This document shows, piece by piece, positions 1 to 11,727 of a stretch of 64,000 nucleotides of DNA. Source of the DNA: Arenimonas sp. GDDSR-1 (GTDB lineage: Bacteria > Pseudomonadota > Gammaproteobacteria > Xanthomonadales > Xanthomonadaceae); contig NZ_JAPDUI010000005.1 of the NCBI RefSeq assembly GCF_025980345.1, forward strand, positions 893-64,892. The letters run 5' to 3'. The notes beneath the pieces are model-generated. The model worked only from the letters and a program-made list of their open reading frames with translations. It made no database searches and was not told the DNA's origin. A program made the translations under genes and the position numbers. Numbering within the stretch: the first letter of the stretch is position 1; each line of letters begins with the position of its first letter.

Positions 1-526
1 CAAAACCGCTGAAACCGACGGTTACTCCGCCGTGCAGGTTACTGCCGGTGCCAAGCGTGCCTCCCTGGTCAGCAAGCCGCTGACCGGCCACTACGCCAAG
101 GCGAAAGTGGAATCGGGCCGCGGCCTTTGGGAATTCCGCGTGGATGCCAAGGATCTCGGCAACTTCGAAGTGGGCGGCGAAATCAAAGCCGACATCTTCT
201 CGGTTGGCCAGATCGTCGACGTCCAGGGCGTGACCAAGGGTAAGGGCTTCCAGGGCACGATCAAGCGTTACAACTTCAAAATGGGCGATGCCACTCACGG
301 TAACTCGCTGTCGCATCGTTCCCCGGGTTCGATCGGCCAGCGCCAAACCCCAGGTCGCGTTTTCCCGGGCAAGAAAATGTCCGGCCACATGGGTGCAGTG
401 AACCAAAGCACGCAGAACCTCGAAGTCATCAAAGTTGATGCCGAACGCGGTCTGATTGCGGTTCGCGGCGCCGTTCCGGGCGCCCCCGGCGGCGATGTCA
501 TCGTCCGTCCCGGCACCAAGGGTTGA
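1..526 (+). CDS. rplC: 50S ribosomal protein L3 (5' end outside window)
   Basis: Frame is open from the window edge; L3 motifs [24 protein letters not shown]; first gene of the visible S10 order. Confidence 0.98.
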   Translation, partial: KTAETDGYSAVQVTAGAKRASLVSKPLTGHYAKAKVESGRGLWEFRVDAKDLGNFEVGGEIKADIFSVGQIVDVQGVTKGKGFQGTIKRYNFKMGDATHGNSLSHRSPGSIGQRQTPGRVFPGKKMSGHMGAVNQSTQNLEVIKVDAERGLIAVRGAVPGAPGGDVIVRPGTKG

Positions 527-537
527 GGAGTCAAAGC

Positions 538-1140
538 ATGGAACTCTCAGTAGTAGGTAGCGCCCAAGCCCTGTCGGTTTCCGACGCGGTCTTCGGTCGC
601 GAATTCAATCGTGATCTGGTGCATCAGGTCGTCGTTGCTTTCCGCAACGCCGGTCGTGCCGGTACCAAGGCACAGCTGTCCCGCGCCGAAGTCTCGGGTA
701 CCACCAAGAAATTCAAGAAGCAGAAGGGCGGCGGTGCACGTCACGGCGATTACCGCGCTCCGATCTTCATCGGCGGCGGCGTGACGTTTGCTGCCAAGCC
801 GCGCAGCTTCGAGCAGAAGGTCAACAAGAAGATGTACCGCGCCGCCATCAGCGTGATCCTGTCGGAACTGAACCGCCAGTCGCGCCTGACCGTGGTCGAC
901 AGCCTCGACGTTGCCGAACCGAAAACCAAGGCTCTGGTCGCCAAGCTCGCTGAAATGAAGGTCGGCAGCCCGCTGATCGTCACCGAAAGCGGCTCGGAAA
1001 ACCTGTATCTGGCCGCCCGCAACATCCCGTACGTGCAGATCCGCGACGTCCAAGGTCTGGATCCGGCCGCCCTGGTCGGTGCCCAGCACGTGGTCATGAC
1101 CGCTGAAGCCGTCAAGAAAGTAGAGGAGTGGCTGGCATGA
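538..1140 (+). CDS. rplD: 50S ribosomal protein L4
   Basis: [31 protein letters not shown] motifs; ATG at 538 after GAGGAG. Confidence 0.98.
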   Translation: MELSVVGSAQALSVSDAVFGREFNRDLVHQVVVAFRNAGRAGTKAQLSRAEVSGTTKKFKKQKGGGARHGDYRAPIFIGGGVTFAAKPRSFEQKVNKKMYRAAISVILSELNRQSRLTVVDSLDVAEPKTKALVAKLAEMKVGSPLIVTESGSENLYLAARNIPYVQIRDVQGLDPAALVGAQHVVMTAEAVKKVEEWLA

Positions 1141-1430
1141 GCACCGCAAAACTGCTCCAAGTAATCCGCGCCCCGCGTGTGTCCGAAAAGACCGCCCGGA
1201 TCCAAGAAGACAACCAGTACGTGTTCGAAGTAGCCCAGAACGCGACCAAGGCCGACGTCAAGTCCGCCGTTGAGTCCCTGTTCAGCGTGAAAGTCGAATC
1301 GGTCAACGTGTTGAACGTGAAGGGCAAGAACAAGTCCTTCCGTAATCGCGCCGGCCGTCGCGGTGACTGGCGTAAAGCTTACGTTCGTCTGGCCGAAGGC
1401 CAGTCGATCGACGTAATGGCAAAGGCCTGA
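1137..1430 (+). CDS. rplW: 50S ribosomal protein L23
   Basis: [24 protein letters not shown]; ATGA overlap with rplD stop. Confidence 0.98.
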   Translation: MSTAKLLQVIRAPRVSEKTARIQEDNQYVFEVAQNATKADVKSAVESLFSVKVESVNVLNVKGKNKSFRNRAGRRGDWRKAYVRLAEGQSIDVMAKA

Positions 1431-1440
1431 GGCAGAACCC

Positions 1441-2268
1441 ATGGCATTGATGACATTTAAACCCACTTCGCCTGGCCGTCGCGCCATGGTCCGTGTTTCC
1501 ACCGCCGGCCTGCACAAGGGCGGTCCGCTGGAAGCGCTGACTGAGAAGAAATCCAAAACCGGTGGCCGTAACAACCACGGCCGCATTACCACCCGTCACA
1601 TCGGCGGCGGTCACAAGCAGGCCTACCGGATCATCGACTTCAAGCGCAACAAAGAGGGCATTCCTGCCCGCGTTGAACGCATTGAATACGATCCGAACCG
1701 CACTGCCCATATCGCACTGCTGTGCTACGCCGACGGCGAGCGCCGTTACATCATCGCGCCGAAAGGCCTGCAGGTCGGCGATCAGCTGATTGCCGGCAAG
1801 GAAGCGCCGATCAAGGCCGGTAACGCCCTGCCGCTGCGCAACATGCCGATCGGTTCGACCGTGCATTGCATCGAAATGAAGCCGGGCAAGGGTGCCCAGA
1901 TGGCCCGTGCCGCAGGTGCCGGTGCCCAGCTGATTACCCGTGAAGGCGGCTACGCCACGCTGCGTCTGCGTTCGGGCGAAATGCGCAAAGTACCGGTCGA
2001 TTGCTACGCCACCATCGGTGAAGTCGGCAACGTCGAACACAGCCTCGAAAAACTGGGTAAAGCCGGTGCCAAGCGTTGGCGCGGCATCAAGCCGACCGTC
2101 CGCGGCGCGGCCATGAACCCGGTCGACCATCCGCACGGCGGTGGTGAGGCGAAAGCAGGTCAGGGTAATCCGCATCCGGTCTCCCCATGGGGCACTCCGG
2201 CCAAGGGTTACAAAACTCGTAAGAACAAGCGCACCCAGAAGTTCATCGTGCGCGATCGCAGAGGTTGA
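1441..2268 (+). CDS. rplB: 50S ribosomal protein L2
   Basis: [34 protein letters not shown]. Confidence 0.99.
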   Translation: MALMTFKPTSPGRRAMVRVSTAGLHKGGPLEALTEKKSKTGGRNNHGRITTRHIGGGHKQAYRIIDFKRNKEGIPARVERIEYDPNRTAHIALLCYADGERRYIIAPKGLQVGDQLIAGKEAPIKAGNALPLRNMPIGSTVHCIEMKPGKGAQMARAAGAGAQLITREGGYATLRLRSGEMRKVPVDCYATIGEVGNVEHSLEKLGKAGAKRWRGIKPTVRGAAMNPVDHPHGGGEAKAGQGNPHPVSPWGTPAKGYKTRKNKRTQKFIVRDRRG

Positions 2269-2274
2269 TAGGCA

Positions 2275-2544
2275 ATGGCACGTTCATTAAAGAAAGGTCC
2301 GTTCGTTGATCACCACTTGATTAAAAAAGTGGAAGCAGCGGGCACCAGCAAAAAGCCGATCAAGACTTGGTCGCGTCGTTCCATGGTTCTTCCCGAAATG
2401 GTCGGATTCACCATTGCCGTGCATAACGGCAAGGTGCATGTTCCGGTCCTCGTGAACGAAAACATGGTTGGTCACAAACTGGGCGAATTCGCGCTGACCC
2501 GTACCTTCAAAGGTCACGGCGGCGACAAGAAGTCCGGTAAATAA
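2275..2544 (+). CDS. rpsS: 30S ribosomal protein S19
   Basis: [27 protein letters not shown]. Confidence 0.99.
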   Translation: MARSLKKGPFVDHHLIKKVEAAGTSKKPIKTWSRRSMVLPEMVGFTIAVHNGKVHVPVLVNENMVGHKLGEFALTRTFKGHGGDKKSGK

Positions 2545-2556
2545 GGGGTATAGGTC

Positions 2557-2898
2557 ATGAATGCAAAAGCTATCCTCCGTTCCAGCCGCATCTCGCCGCA
2601 GAAAGCCCGTCTGGTCGCCGACCAGGTCCGCGGTCTGCCGGTTTCGCGCGCCCTGGACCTGCTGAAGTTCAGCGACAAGAAAGCCGCTCACATCATCTAC
2701 AAGGTGCTGTGGTCCGCCACCGCCAACGCCGAAAACAACAACGGCGCGGACGTCGATGAACTGAAAGTCGCCACCATCATGGTCGACGAAGGTCCGATTC
2801 TGAAACGTTTCATGGCCCGCGCCAAAGGCCGCGGCACTCGCATTTCCAAACGCACCAGCCACATCACCGTGGTGGTGGGTTCCGGTAAAAAAGGTTAA
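2557..2898 (+). CDS. rplV: 50S ribosomal protein L22
   Basis: [26 protein letters not shown]. Confidence 0.98.
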   Translation: MNAKAILRSSRISPQKARLVADQVRGLPVSRALDLLKFSDKKAAHIIYKVLWSATANAENNNGADVDELKVATIMVDEGPILKRFMARAKGRGTRISKRTSHITVVVGSGKKG

Positions 2899-2906
2899 GG
2901 GCAGTC

Positions 2907-3611
2907 ATGGGTCATAAAGTACATCCTACCGGTATCCGTCTTGGCATCTCCAAAGACTGGAACTCCAAATGGTTCGCCAAAAAGGGCGAATACGGCCAGT
3001 TCCTGGTTGCGGATCTGAAAGTCCGCGCCATGCTGCGCAAGAAGCTGGCCCAGGCCGGCATCTCCAAAATCACCATCGAGCGTCCGGCCAAGACGGCGCG
3101 CGTGACCATCCACACCGCCCGTCCGGGCGTGGTGATCGGCAAGCGCGGCGAGGACATCGAGAAGCTGAAGAAGGAAGTTTCCGATGTCATGGGCGTTCCG
3201 GCGCACATCAACGTCGCGGAAGTCCGCAAGCCTGAACTCGACGCCCAACTGGTCGCCGAATCGATCGCCCAGCAGCTGGAACGCCGCATCATGTTCCGCC
3301 GCGCCATGAAACGCGCTGTCGGCAATGCCATGCGCCTCGGCGCTCTGGGCATCAAGGTCAACGTCGGTGGCCGACTGAACGGTGCTGAAATCGCCCGCTC
3401 GGAATGGTACCGCGAAGGCCGCGTGCCGCTGCATACCCTGCGTGCCGACATCGACTACGGCACCGCCGAAGCGTCCACCACCTACGGCATCATCGGCGTC
3501 AAGGTGTGGATCTACAAAGGCGAAGTGTTCGACTTCAGCCAAGTTGGCCAGGAAAAAGTGGAAGATGCCGCTCCCCAGCGTTCTTCGCGTCCTGCCCGTG
3601 AAGCGAGGTAA
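2907..3611 (+). CDS. rpsC: 30S ribosomal protein S3
   Basis: [37 protein letters not shown]. Confidence 0.99.
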   Translation: MGHKVHPTGIRLGISKDWNSKWFAKKGEYGQFLVADLKVRAMLRKKLAQAGISKITIERPAKTARVTIHTARPGVVIGKRGEDIEKLKKEVSDVMGVPAHINVAEVRKPELDAQLVAESIAQQLERRIMFRRAMKRAVGNAMRLGALGIKVNVGGRLNGAEIARSEWYREGRVPLHTLRADIDYGTAEASTTYGIIGVKVWIYKGEVFDFSQVGQEKVEDAAPQRSSRPAREAR

Positions 3612-3616
3612 TTGAA

Positions 3617-4030
3617 ATGTTGCAACCGAAACGTACCAAATACCGCAAACAGTTCAAGGGCCGCAACGACGGCCTGAGCTGGAACGCCTCGGCCGTGAGC
3701 TTCGGCGAATACGGCCTGAAGGCCACCACCCACGGTGCCCTGACCGCCCGCCAGATTGAAGCTGCCCGCCGTACGGTGAGCCGCTATGTCAAGCGCGGCG
3801 GCAAGCTCTGGATCCGCGTGTTCCCGGACAAGCCGATCACCAAGAAGCCGATCGAGGTCCGCATGGGCGCCGGTAAGGGCAACGTCGAGTACTGGGTCGC
3901 CCCGATCCAGCCCGGCCGCATGCTTTATGAAATCGAAGGCATTCCGGAAGCCACGGCGCGTGAAGCGTTCCGTCTGGCTGCCGCTAAACTCTCAGTACAG
4001 ACCACTTTCGTGGTCCGGACGGTGCGCTAA
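3617..4030 (+). CDS. rplP: 50S ribosomal protein L16
   Basis: [27 protein letters not shown]. Confidence 0.99.
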   Translation: MLQPKRTKYRKQFKGRNDGLSWNASAVSFGEYGLKATTHGALTARQIEAARRTVSRYVKRGGKLWIRVFPDKPITKKPIEVRMGAGKGNVEYWVAPIQPGRMLYEIEGIPEATAREAFRLAAAKLSVQTTFVVRTVR

Positions 4031-4215
4031 TGGAACTCAAAGAACTGCGTCAGAAAAATCCGGCTGATCTGAAGGCCCACCTGTTGGACCTGCACAAGGA
4101 GCAATTCTCGCTCCGCATGCAGAAAGCCACGGGCCAATTAGCCAAAACCCACGACATCAGCCGTGTCCGCCGCGAAATCGCGCGCGTCAACATGCTGCTG
4201 GCGAACTCCAAGTAA
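4030..4215 (+). CDS. rpmC: 50S ribosomal protein L29
   Basis: ELRQK...[11 protein letters not shown]...RREIARV; position in S10 order. Confidence 0.96.
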   Translation: MELKELRQKNPADLKAHLLDLHKEQFSLRMQKATGQLAKTHDISRVRREIARVNMLLANSK

Positions 4216-4229
4216 TCAGGGCCTTTACC

Positions 4230-4496
4230 ATGACCGAGAAGACTAAGCAGTTGCGCACCGTCGAAGGACGTGTTGTCAGCAACAAAATGAATAAAACGGT
4301 AACGGTACTCGTCGAACGCCAGGTCAAGCATGCCCTGTACGGCAAGTACCTGCGCCGCTCGACCAAGCTGCATGCCCACGACGAAACCAATGCCTGCAAT
4401 GAAGGCGATCTGGTGCGCGTGGCCGAGTGCCGCCCGATGTCCAAAACCAAAAACTGGCAGGTGGTCGAAGTGATCACCCGCGCAGCCGCCGAATAA
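4230..4496 (+). CDS. rpsQ: 30S ribosomal protein S17
   Basis: [25 protein letters not shown]. Confidence 0.98.
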   Translation: MTEKTKQLRTVEGRVVSNKMNKTVTVLVERQVKHALYGKYLRRSTKLHAHDETNACNEGDLVRVAECRPMSKTKNWQVVEVITRAAAE

Positions 4497-4510
4497 CGAG
4501 GAGACCGAGT

Positions 4511-4879
4511 ATGATCCAGGTACAAAGCTACCTCGAAGCCGCCGACAATTCCGGCGCCAAGGAAATGATGTGCATCAAGGTGCTGGGCGGCTCCAAACGC
4601 CGTTACGCCCACATCGGCGACATCATCAAAGTGACCGTCAAGGATGCCATTCCGCGCGGCAAGGTCAAGAAAGGCGAAGTGTATGACGCCGTCGTGGTCC
4701 GCACCCGTTCGGGCGTGCGCCGCGGTGACGGTTCGCTGATCCGCTTTGACGGCAATGCCGCCGTTCTGCTGAACAACAAGCAGGAACCGATCGGTACCCG
4801 CATCTTCGGGCCAGTAACCCGCGAGCTGCGCACCGAGAAGTTCATGAAGATTGTTTCGCTGGCCCCTGAAGTGCTCTGA
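4511..4879 (+). CDS. rplN: 50S ribosomal protein L14
   Basis: [27 protein letters not shown]; ATG at 4511 after GAGGAG. Confidence 0.99.
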   Translation: MIQVQSYLEAADNSGAKEMMCIKVLGGSKRRYAHIGDIIKVTVKDAIPRGKVKKGEVYDAVVVRTRSGVRRGDGSLIRFDGNAAVLLNNKQEPIGTRIFGPVTRELRTEKFMKIVSLAPEVL

Positions 4880-4893
4880 GCGAAGGAAGAACT

Positions 4894-5208
4894 ATGAACC
4901 GTATCCGTAAAGGCGACCAGGTGATCGTGATCGCCGGTTCCGACAAAGGCAAAAAAGGTGAAGTTGTGCGTATCGCCGGCGACAAGGTCGTCGTGCAGAA
5001 CATCAACATCATCAAACGCCATACCAAAGCCAACCCGCAGACCGGCCAGGCCGGCGGCATCATCGAGCGCGAGGCTCCCATTCACGTGTCCAACGTCATG
5101 CTGCTGAACCCGGTTTCGGGCAAGGGCGAGAAGGTTGGTTTTAAAGTGCTCGAGGATGGACGCAAACTGCGTGTGTTCCGCTCGAGCGGCGAGGCGATTG
5201 ACGCCTGA
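4894..5208 (+). CDS. rplX: 50S ribosomal protein L24
   Basis: KOW motif [18 protein letters not shown]; EAPIHVSNV. Confidence 0.98.
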   Translation: MNRIRKGDQVIVIAGSDKGKKGEVVRIAGDKVVVQNINIIKRHTKANPQTGQAGGIIEREAPIHVSNVMLLNPVSGKGEKVGFKVLEDGRKLRVFRSSGEAIDA

Positions 5209-5219
5209 GGAATGATGAC

Positions 5220-5765
5220 ATGAGCAATACCCGTTTGGAAAAAATGTATAAAGACGTCGTTGTGCCGAAAATGATCGAGAAGTTCGGCTACAAGAACGTC
5301 ATGGAAGTGCCGCGCCTGAGCAAGATCACCCTGAACATGGGTGTCGGCGAAGCCGTCGGCAACAAGAAGATCCTGGAAAACGCCGTGGCCGACATGGCCA
5401 AGATTTCCGGTCAGAAGCCGATCGTCACCAACGCCCGCGTTTCGGTGGCCAGCTTCAAGATCCGTGACGGCTGGCCGATCGGCTGCAAGGTGACCCTGCG
5501 CCGCGACAAGATGTTCGAATTCCTGGACCGCTTCATCAATATCTCGCTGCCGCGCGTGCGCGACTTCCGTGGCGTGAACGGCCGCTCGTTCGACGGCCGC
5601 GGCAACTACAACATGGGCATCAAGGAACAGATCATCTTCCCGGAAATCGACTTCGACGCCGTCGACGCGATGCGCGGCATGGATATCGCCGTGACCACCA
5701 CCGCCAAAACCAACGAAGAAGCCAAGGCACTGCTCGAAGCCTTCGGTTTTCCCTTCCGTAACTGA
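5220..5765 (+). CDS. rplE: 50S ribosomal protein L5
   Basis: [26 protein letters not shown]. Confidence 0.99.
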   Translation: MSNTRLEKMYKDVVVPKMIEKFGYKNVMEVPRLSKITLNMGVGEAVGNKKILENAVADMAKISGQKPIVTNARVSVASFKIRDGWPIGCKVTLRRDKMFEFLDRFINISLPRVRDFRGVNGRSFDGRGNYNMGIKEQIIFPEIDFDAVDAMRGMDIAVTTTAKTNEEAKALLEAFGFPFRN

Positions 5766-5777
5766 TCCGAGGCACAT

Positions 5778-6083
5778 ATGGCTAAGACGTCAATGGTAAA
5801 CCGCGACATCAAGCGGAAGAAACTGGTCCAGAAGTACGCCGGCAAGCGCGCCGATCTGAAGAAGATCATCGCCAGCACCACCGCCTCGTACGAAGAAAAG
5901 GAAGCAGCCGTCATCAAACTGCAGAAGCTGCCGCGCGATTCCTCGCCGGCCCGCGTCCGCAACCGCTGCGAACTCACCGGCCGCTCACGCGGCGTGTACA
6001 GCAAGTTCGGTCTCGGCCGCAACAAACTGCGCGAAGCCACCATGCGTGGCGACGTTCCCGGCCTTCGCAAGGCCAGCTGGTAA
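5778..6083 (+). CDS. rpsN: 30S ribosomal protein S14 (long, non-zinc-ribbon form)
   Basis: [26 protein letters not shown]; 101 aa. Confidence 0.98.
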   Translation: MAKTSMVNRDIKRKKLVQKYAGKRADLKKIIASTTASYEEKEAAVIKLQKLPRDSSPARVRNRCELTGRSRGVYSKFGLGRNKLREATMRGDVPGLRKASW

Positions 6084-6136
6084 TCGCAATCGAAAGATCG
6101 CGGATATCGATGCTTTAATCAACAAGGATATTTCCA

Positions 6137-6532
6137 ATGAGCATGACTGATCCAATCGCCGATATGCTGGTGCGCATCAAGAACGCACTCGCCGTCGGCA
6201 AGCCCCAGGTTTCGATGCCGGCTTCGAAAATGAAGCTCGCCATCGCCGACGTGCTGAAAGCCGAAGGCTATATCGGCGACTTCCGCGTTATCGGCGAGAA
6301 AGCCGCCGCTAAACTCGAAATCGCCCTGAAATACTACGAAGGCCGTCCGGTCATCGAGCGTCTGGAACGCGTTTCTCGTTCCGGCCTGCGCCAGTACCGC
6401 GGCAAAGACGGCATCCCGAGCGTGCTCGGCGGTCTCGGCGTAGCCATCATTTCCACCTCGAAAGGTCTGATGACCGATCGCCAGGCCCGCTCTGCGGGTG
6501 TCGGCGGCGAAGTCATCTGCCTCGTGGCCTAA
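6137..6532 (+). CDS. rpsH: 30S ribosomal protein S8
   Basis: [32 protein letters not shown]. Confidence 0.99.
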   Translation: MSMTDPIADMLVRIKNALAVGKPQVSMPASKMKLAIADVLKAEGYIGDFRVIGEKAAAKLEIALKYYEGRPVIERLERVSRSGLRQYRGKDGIPSVLGGLGVAIISTSKGLMTDRQARSAGVGGEVICLVA

Positions 6533-6544
6533 GGAGAACGCACC

Positions 6545-7072
6545 ATGTCACGCGTCGCCAAAAAGCCAATCGCGCTCGCCAAGGGCGTTGAACTGAAGTC
6601 CGTCGACGGCAACATCGAAGTCAAGGGTCCGAAAGGCACCCTGAACATCGCCAAGCCGTCCAATGTCGACGTCGCCGTCGATAACGGGCAGATCCTGCTG
6701 ACTCCCGCCAACGATGAAAGCATCGCCTTGACCGGTACCCTGCGCGCCATTCTGGCCAACATGGTCACCGGCGTCTCGGAAGGCTTCACCCGCAAGCTGG
6801 AACTGGTCGGCGTGGGTTACCGCGCCGCCGTCGAAGGCAGCAATCTGAACCTGAGCCTGGGCTTCTCGCATCCGGTCGTGTTCACCGCGCCTGCCGGCAT
6901 CACCATCACCACGCCGACGCAGACCGAAATCCTGATTTCGGGCGCCGACAAGCAGTTGATCGGTGAAGTCGCAGCCAAGATCCGTGCTTACCGCAAACCC
7001 GAGCCTTACAAGGGCAAGGGCATCCGTTACGCCGGCGAGAAAATCATTATGAAGGAAGCTAAGAAAGCCTAA
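6545..7072 (+). CDS. rplF: 50S ribosomal protein L6
   Basis: [25 protein letters not shown]. Confidence 0.99.
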   Translation: MSRVAKKPIALAKGVELKSVDGNIEVKGPKGTLNIAKPSNVDVAVDNGQILLTPANDESIALTGTLRAILANMVTGVSEGFTRKLELVGVGYRAAVEGSNLNLSLGFSHPVVFTAPAGITITTPTQTEILISGADKQLIGEVAAKIRAYRKPEPYKGKGIRYAGEKIIMKEAKKA

Positions 7073-7104
7073 TTAAGGTTTTCGGCATCCTCGAGGTCCC
7101 TACC

Positions 7105-7458
7105 ATGAAAAAGAATATTGCCCGTCTCCGCCGCGCCAAAACCACCCGTTCGCACATCCGTGATCTGGGTGTGGCCCGTCTGTCGGTTCTGCGTTCCGGC
7201 CAGCACATTTACGCCCAGGTGTTCACCGCCGACGGCTCGAAAGTCCTGGCATCCGCTTCGACCGTCCAGGCCGACGTCAAAAACGGTCTTGCCAACTGCA
7301 AGAACGTCGATGCCGCCGCCAAGGTCGGTCGCGCCATCGCCGAGAAAGCCCGTGCTGCCGGCATCGAGCGCGTCGCATTCGACCGTTCCGGTTACCGCTA
7401 CCACGGCCGCATCAAGGCTTTGGCCGAGGCGGCACGCGAAGGCGGTCTGCAGTTCTAA
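7105..7458 (+). CDS. rplR: 50S ribosomal protein L18
   Basis: [28 protein letters not shown]. Confidence 0.98.
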   Translation: MKKNIARLRRAKTTRSHIRDLGVARLSVLRSGQHIYAQVFTADGSKVLASASTVQADVKNGLANCKNVDAAAKVGRAIAEKARAAGIERVAFDRSGYRYHGRIKALAEAAREGGLQF

Positions 7459-7561
7459 GATTTACCCGAAGCAGTGCCCGGCGGAAACTCCGGTTTCCGC
7501 CCAGTTCCATACAACCATAAGCGGCCAAGCCGTACAATTTACAAACTGATTAGGAGCTCAT

Positions 7562-8080
7562 ATGAGCAGCAACGAACGCGAACGTAACCGCAACGCGGAA
7601 AGCGAAGACGGCTTCATCGAGAAGCTGGTCGCCGTGAACCGTGTATCCAAAACCGTCAAAGGCGGTCGTCAATTCACCTTCACCGCGCTGACCGTTGTCG
7701 GCGATGGTTCCGGCAAAATCGGCTTCGGCTACGGCAAAGCCCGCGAAGTCCCGGTCGCCATCCAGAAGTCGATGGACCAGGCCCGCAAGACCATGATCAG
7801 CGTCGATCTGAACGAAGGCACCCTGTGGCACCCGGTCAAATCCGGCCACGGCGCAGCCCGTGTTTACATGCAGCCGGCCTCCGAAGGTACCGGCGTGATC
7901 GCCGGCGGTGCCATGCGCGCCGTGTTCGAAGCCGTGGGTGTCAAGAACGTGCTGGCCAAGGCCATCGGTTCGCGCAACCCGATCAATCTGGTGCGTGCGA
8001 CCGTCAAAGGTCTGACTGTCATGCAGTCGCCGTCGCGCATTGCCGCCAAACGCGGCAAGAAAGTTGAGGAGATCGTCTAA
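7562..8080 (+). CDS. rpsE: 30S ribosomal protein S5
   Basis: [27 protein letters not shown]. Confidence 0.99.
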   Translation: MSSNERERNRNAESEDGFIEKLVAVNRVSKTVKGGRQFTFTALTVVGDGSGKIGFGYGKAREVPVAIQKSMDQARKTMISVDLNEGTLWHPVKSGHGAARVYMQPASEGTGVIAGGAMRAVFEAVGVKNVLAKAIGSRNPINLVRATVKGLTVMQSPSRIAAKRGKKVEEIV

Positions 8081-8262
8081 TGTCCGAGAAAACCGTCAAG
8101 GTCCGCCTGGTCAAAGGCCTGCGTGGCTGCCAACAGCGCCACCGCCTGTCCGTCAAGGCTCTGGGTCTGAATAAAATCAACGATGTCCGTGAATTGAAGG
8201 ATTCCCCTTCGGTGCGCGGTCTGATCAATCAGCTGCACTACCTGGTTCGCGTTGAATCGTAA
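8080..8262 (+). CDS. rpmD: 50S ribosomal protein L30
   Basis: VRLVKG...VKALGL..IN...DSPSVRGLI; between rpsE and rplO. Confidence 0.96.
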   Translation: MSEKTVKVRLVKGLRGCQQRHRLSVKALGLNKINDVRELKDSPSVRGLINQLHYLVRVES

Positions 8263-8282
8263 TCGGGCTTAGGAGAAATCAC

Positions 8283-8720
8283 ATGCAATTAAATACCCTG
8301 TCTCCCGCACCCGGCGCCCGCAAAGAGCGCGTCCGTGTCGGTCGCGGTATCGGTTCGGGTCTCGGCAAAACCGCCGGCCGCGGCCATAAAGGTTCGTTCG
8401 CCCGTACCGGTAAAGGCAAGATCAAGCCGGGCTTCGAAGGCGGTCAGATGCCGCTCAAAAAGCGCCTGCCGAAAGTCGGCTTCCGCTCCAAGCTGAAGAA
8501 CGACACTGCCGAAGTGCTGCTGTATCAGCTGGAAAAGCTGGATATCGCTGAAATCGATTTTGCCGCTCTGCGTGCCGCCAAGCTGGTTCCGGCCAAAGCC
8601 AAGCAGGCCAAAATCGTCAAGAAAGGCGAAATCACCAAGAAGTTCGTGCTGAAGGGCGTTTTGGCCACCGCAGGTGCCAAAGCCGCCATTGAAGCCGCCG
8701 GCGGTTCGGTAACGGAGTAA
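8283..8720 (+). CDS. rplO: 50S ribosomal protein L15
   Basis: [29 protein letters not shown]. Confidence 0.99.
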   Translation: MQLNTLSPAPGARKERVRVGRGIGSGLGKTAGRGHKGSFARTGKGKIKPGFEGGQMPLKKRLPKVGFRSKLKNDTAEVLLYQLEKLDIAEIDFAALRAAKLVPAKAKQAKIVKKGEITKKFVLKGVLATAGAKAAIEAAGGSVTE

Positions 8721-8724
8721 TCCC

Positions 8725-10095
8725 TTGTCTCAAGCAAGCTCAGCGACATCCCTGTTCGGCCAGCTCGGTAAATTCACCGAGCTCCGCCAGCGCCTCATGT
8801 TCGTGGTTCTGGCTCTGATCGTCTACCGCATCGGCAGCTACATTCCGGTGCCGGGCGTCAATCCGGAAGTCATGCTGCAGCTCATGGAAAGCCAGAAGGG
8901 TACCATCGTGGACATGTTCAACATGTTCTCCGGCGGTGCCCTGCATCGCTTCAGCCTGTTGGCGCTTAACGTGGTTCCCTATATCTCCGCGTCCATCATC
9001 GTACAGCTGATGGGCCAAATGTATGAGCCCTGGAAAGCGCTGAAGAAGGAAGGCGAGGCCGGTCGTCGCAAGCTGACCCAGTACTCCCGTCTCGGCGCGA
9101 TCCCGTTGGCCATCTTCCAGAGCTTCGGAATCGTCAGCTGGCTGCAGGCGCAGCCGGGTGCCGTCTATTCGCCAGGCATGGGCTTCATGGTCACTGCCGT
9201 GGTTTCGCTGACTGCGGGCACCATGTTCCTGATGTGGCTGGGCGAGCAGATTACCGAACGCGGCATCGGCAACGGTGTGTCCTTGATCATCTTCGCGGGC
9301 ATCGTGGCGGGACTCCCGTCTGCGATGATCACCACCCTGCAGCAGGTTTCCAGCGGCGACATCAGCGTGTTCGCGATTTTCGTGATCATCGCCCTGGTGC
9401 TCGGCGTCACCTATTTCGTGGTGTTCATGGAGCGCGGCCAGCGCCGCATTACCGTGAACTACGCCCGTCGCCAGGGCGGTCGCCAAGCCTACATGAACCA
9501 AAGTTCGCACCTGCCGCTGAAACTGAACATGTCCGGCGTCATTCCGGCCATTTTCGCCTCCAGCCTGATCCTGTTCCCAGCCACCATTTCGACCTGGATG
9601 AGCACGGACGCGGCCCAAGCAGAAGGCTGGCGTGGGACCCTGTTCCGCGGTCTGCAGTCCGTTGCGCAGGCTTTGGCCCCCAATGAACCGCTGCATATGC
9701 TATTATACGGCGCTCTGATTCTCGGCTTTGCCTTCTTCTATACCGCCCTGGTGTTCAACTCCCAGGAAACCGCGGATAACCTGAAGAAGTCCGGCGCCTT
9801 GATTCCGGGCATCCGTCCAGGTAAGGCTACGGCCGATTACATCGACGGCGTGCTCACCCGTTTAACCCTGATCGGCGGCCTGTATCTGGTGCTGGTCTGT
9901 TTGACCCCGGAGCTGATGCGCGCCGGGTTTAACGTCCCGTTCGCTTTCGGCGGAACGTCGCTTCTCATCGTGGTGGTTGTGGTGATGGACTTCACGGCGC
10001 AGGTTCAAGCGCACCTGGTTTCCCATCAGTACGAAGGCCTGATGAAGAAGGCCAATTTGAAGAGCGGCTCGCGCGGCAGCTTCGCGCGCGGGTAA
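8725..10095 (+). CDS. secY: Preprotein translocase subunit SecY (TTG start)
   Basis: [47 protein letters not shown]; multiple hydrophobic segments. Confidence 0.99.
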   Translation: MSQASSATSLFGQLGKFTELRQRLMFVVLALIVYRIGSYIPVPGVNPEVMLQLMESQKGTIVDMFNMFSGGALHRFSLLALNVVPYISASIIVQLMGQMYEPWKALKKEGEAGRRKLTQYSRLGAIPLAIFQSFGIVSWLQAQPGAVYSPGMGFMVTAVVSLTAGTMFLMWLGEQITERGIGNGVSLIIFAGIVAGLPSAMITTLQQVSSGDISVFAIFVIIALVLGVTYFVVFMERGQRRITVNYARRQGGRQAYMNQSSHLPLKLNMSGVIPAIFASSLILFPATISTWMSTDAAQAEGWRGTLFRGLQSVAQALAPNEPLHMLLYGALILGFAFFYTALVFNSQETADNLKKSGALIPGIRPGKATADYIDGVLTRLTLIGGLYLVLVCLTPELMRAGFNVPFAFGGTSLLIVVVVVMDFTAQVQAHLVSHQYEGLMKKANLKSGSRGSFARG

Positions 10096-10240
10096 GCCCA
10101 TGGATGCCCTGCGCTGGAGTAGCGCGGGGCGGGTGGCCGGTTAGGCATCCACCACGGTCTTGTCGCTGGAGCATAGGCACACTCCCTATGCCAGGTTCAG
10201 GCGGTATTAACCGCCGGGACTTTTAATTAACCCGAAGCCC

Positions 10241-10249
10241 TGTTATAAT
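10241..10249 (+). promoter_or_regulatory. Extended -10 element (TGnTATAAT), probable alpha-operon promoter
   Basis: TGTTATAAT about 43 nt upstream of the rpsM start, preceded by an AT-rich stretch. Confidence 0.7.
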
Positions 10250-10291
10250 TTTCGATTCCCCTCGCGGTGAATCTTTTACGGAGAACGCCTG

Positions 10292-10648
10292 ATGGCGCGC
10301 ATAGCTGGTGTCAATTTGCCTGCTCAGAAGCATGTCTGGGTTGGCCTGCAAAGCATTTATGGTATTGGTCGCACCCGTTCCAAATCGGTCTGCGAGTCGG
10401 CGGGTGTCAATCCGTCCACCAAGATCCGGGACCTGTCCGAGCCGGAAGTTGAAAAACTCCGTCTGGAAGTGGCCAAATTCACGGTCGAAGGCGACTTGCG
10501 TCGCGAAGTCGGCATCTCGATTAAACGTCTGATGGACCTCGGTTGCTACCGTGGCCTGCGTCACCGCCGCGGCCTGCCGCTGCGTGGCCAGCGCACGCGT
10601 ACCAACGCCCGTACCCGTAAGGGTCCGCGTAAAGCCATCAAGAAGTAA
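10292..10648 (+). CDS. rpsM: 30S ribosomal protein S13
   Basis: [38 protein letters not shown]. Confidence 0.99.
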   Translation: MARIAGVNLPAQKHVWVGLQSIYGIGRTRSKSVCESAGVNPSTKIRDLSEPEVEKLRLEVAKFTVEGDLRREVGISIKRLMDLGCYRGLRHRRGLPLRGQRTRTNARTRKGPRKAIKK

Positions 10649-10660
10649 GGAAGTACGCAC

Positions 10661-11056
10661 ATGAGCAAAGCTGCAGCTGCCACCAAAGCGAAGAAGAAGA
10701 TCAAGCGCGTCGTCACCGACGGCGTCGCCCACGTCCATGCTTCCTTCAACAATACGATCATCACGATCACCGACCGTCAGGGCAATGCCCTGAGCTGGGC
10801 CACCTCCGGTGGTGCCGGTTTCCGCGGTTCGCGCAAATCCACTCCGTTCGCCGCTCAGGTCGCTTCGGAAAAGGCCGGCAAAACCGCCCTGGATTACGGC
10901 GTGAAAACCCTGGAAGTCCGCATCAAAGGTCCGGGTCCGGGCCGTGAATCCGCCGTCCGCGCGTTGAATGCCTGCGGATACAAAATCATGAACATCATCG
11001 ACGTGACCCCAATCCCGCACAACGGGTGCCGTCCGCCTAAAAAGCGCCGCGTCTAA
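10661..11056 (+). CDS. rpsK: 30S ribosomal protein S11
   Basis: [31 protein letters not shown]. Confidence 0.99.
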   Translation: MSKAAAATKAKKKIKRVVTDGVAHVHASFNNTIITITDRQGNALSWATSGGAGFRGSRKSTPFAAQVASEKAGKTALDYGVKTLEVRIKGPGPGRESAVRALNACGYKIMNIIDVTPIPHNGCRPPKKRRV

Positions 11057-11076
11057 GGGAAGGAGAACAATAAGTC

Positions 11077-11703
11077 ATGGCTCGTTATATTGGTCCAAAA
11101 TGCAAACTGTCACGTCGCGAAGGCGCAGACCTCAGTCTGAAAAGCCCCGCCCGTGCCCTCGATTCGAAGTGCAAACTCGAACAGAAACCCGGTCAGCACG
11201 GTGCCGCCAAGAAAGGCAAGCTGTCGGACTACGCCACCCAGCTGCGTGAAAAGCAGAAGGTCAAGCGTATCTACGGCCTGCTGGAACGTCAGTTCCGCGG
11301 TTACTACGCGAAAGCTGCCCGCCGCAAAGGCAACACCGGCGAGATGCTTCTGCAGATCCTGGAAACCCGTCTCGACAACGTGGTTTACCGCATGGGCTTC
11401 GCAGTCACCCGTCCGGCCGCCCGTCAGCTGGTGTCCCACAAGGCCATCCTGGTCAACGGCAAGAGCGTCAATCTGCCGTCCTATCAGGTCAAAGCCGGCG
11501 ACAGCATCGAACTGACCGAACGCGCGAAAAAGCACCTGAACGTGCAGGAAGCGCTGAACCTTGCCCAGCAGATGGATCTCGTTCCGAGCTGGTGTGAAGT
11601 GGACAGCAACAAATTCTCCGGCGTGTTCAAAGCGATTCCGGACCGCGCGGATCTGCCTTCGGACATCAATGAAGCGCTGATCGTCGAACTGTACTCGAAG
11701 TAA
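11077..11703 (+). CDS. rpsD: 30S ribosomal protein S4
   Basis: [34 protein letters not shown]. Confidence 0.99.
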   Translation: MARYIGPKCKLSRREGADLSLKSPARALDSKCKLEQKPGQHGAAKKGKLSDYATQLREKQKVKRIYGLLERQFRGYYAKAARRKGNTGEMLLQILETRLDNVVYRMGFAVTRPAARQLVSHKAILVNGKSVNLPSYQVKAGDSIELTERAKKHLNVQEALNLAQQMDLVPSWCEVDSNKFSGVFKAIPDRADLPSDINEALIVELYSK

Positions 11704-11727
11704 TATTCTTCAGGAGTGTCATCACCC

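Noticed and set aside
6084-6136. Short GAAA-tetraloop hairpin between rpsN and rpsH as a possible S8 operator
   Set aside because: The stem is short and imperfect; the established S8 site in E. coli is at the rplE start; no support beyond appearance
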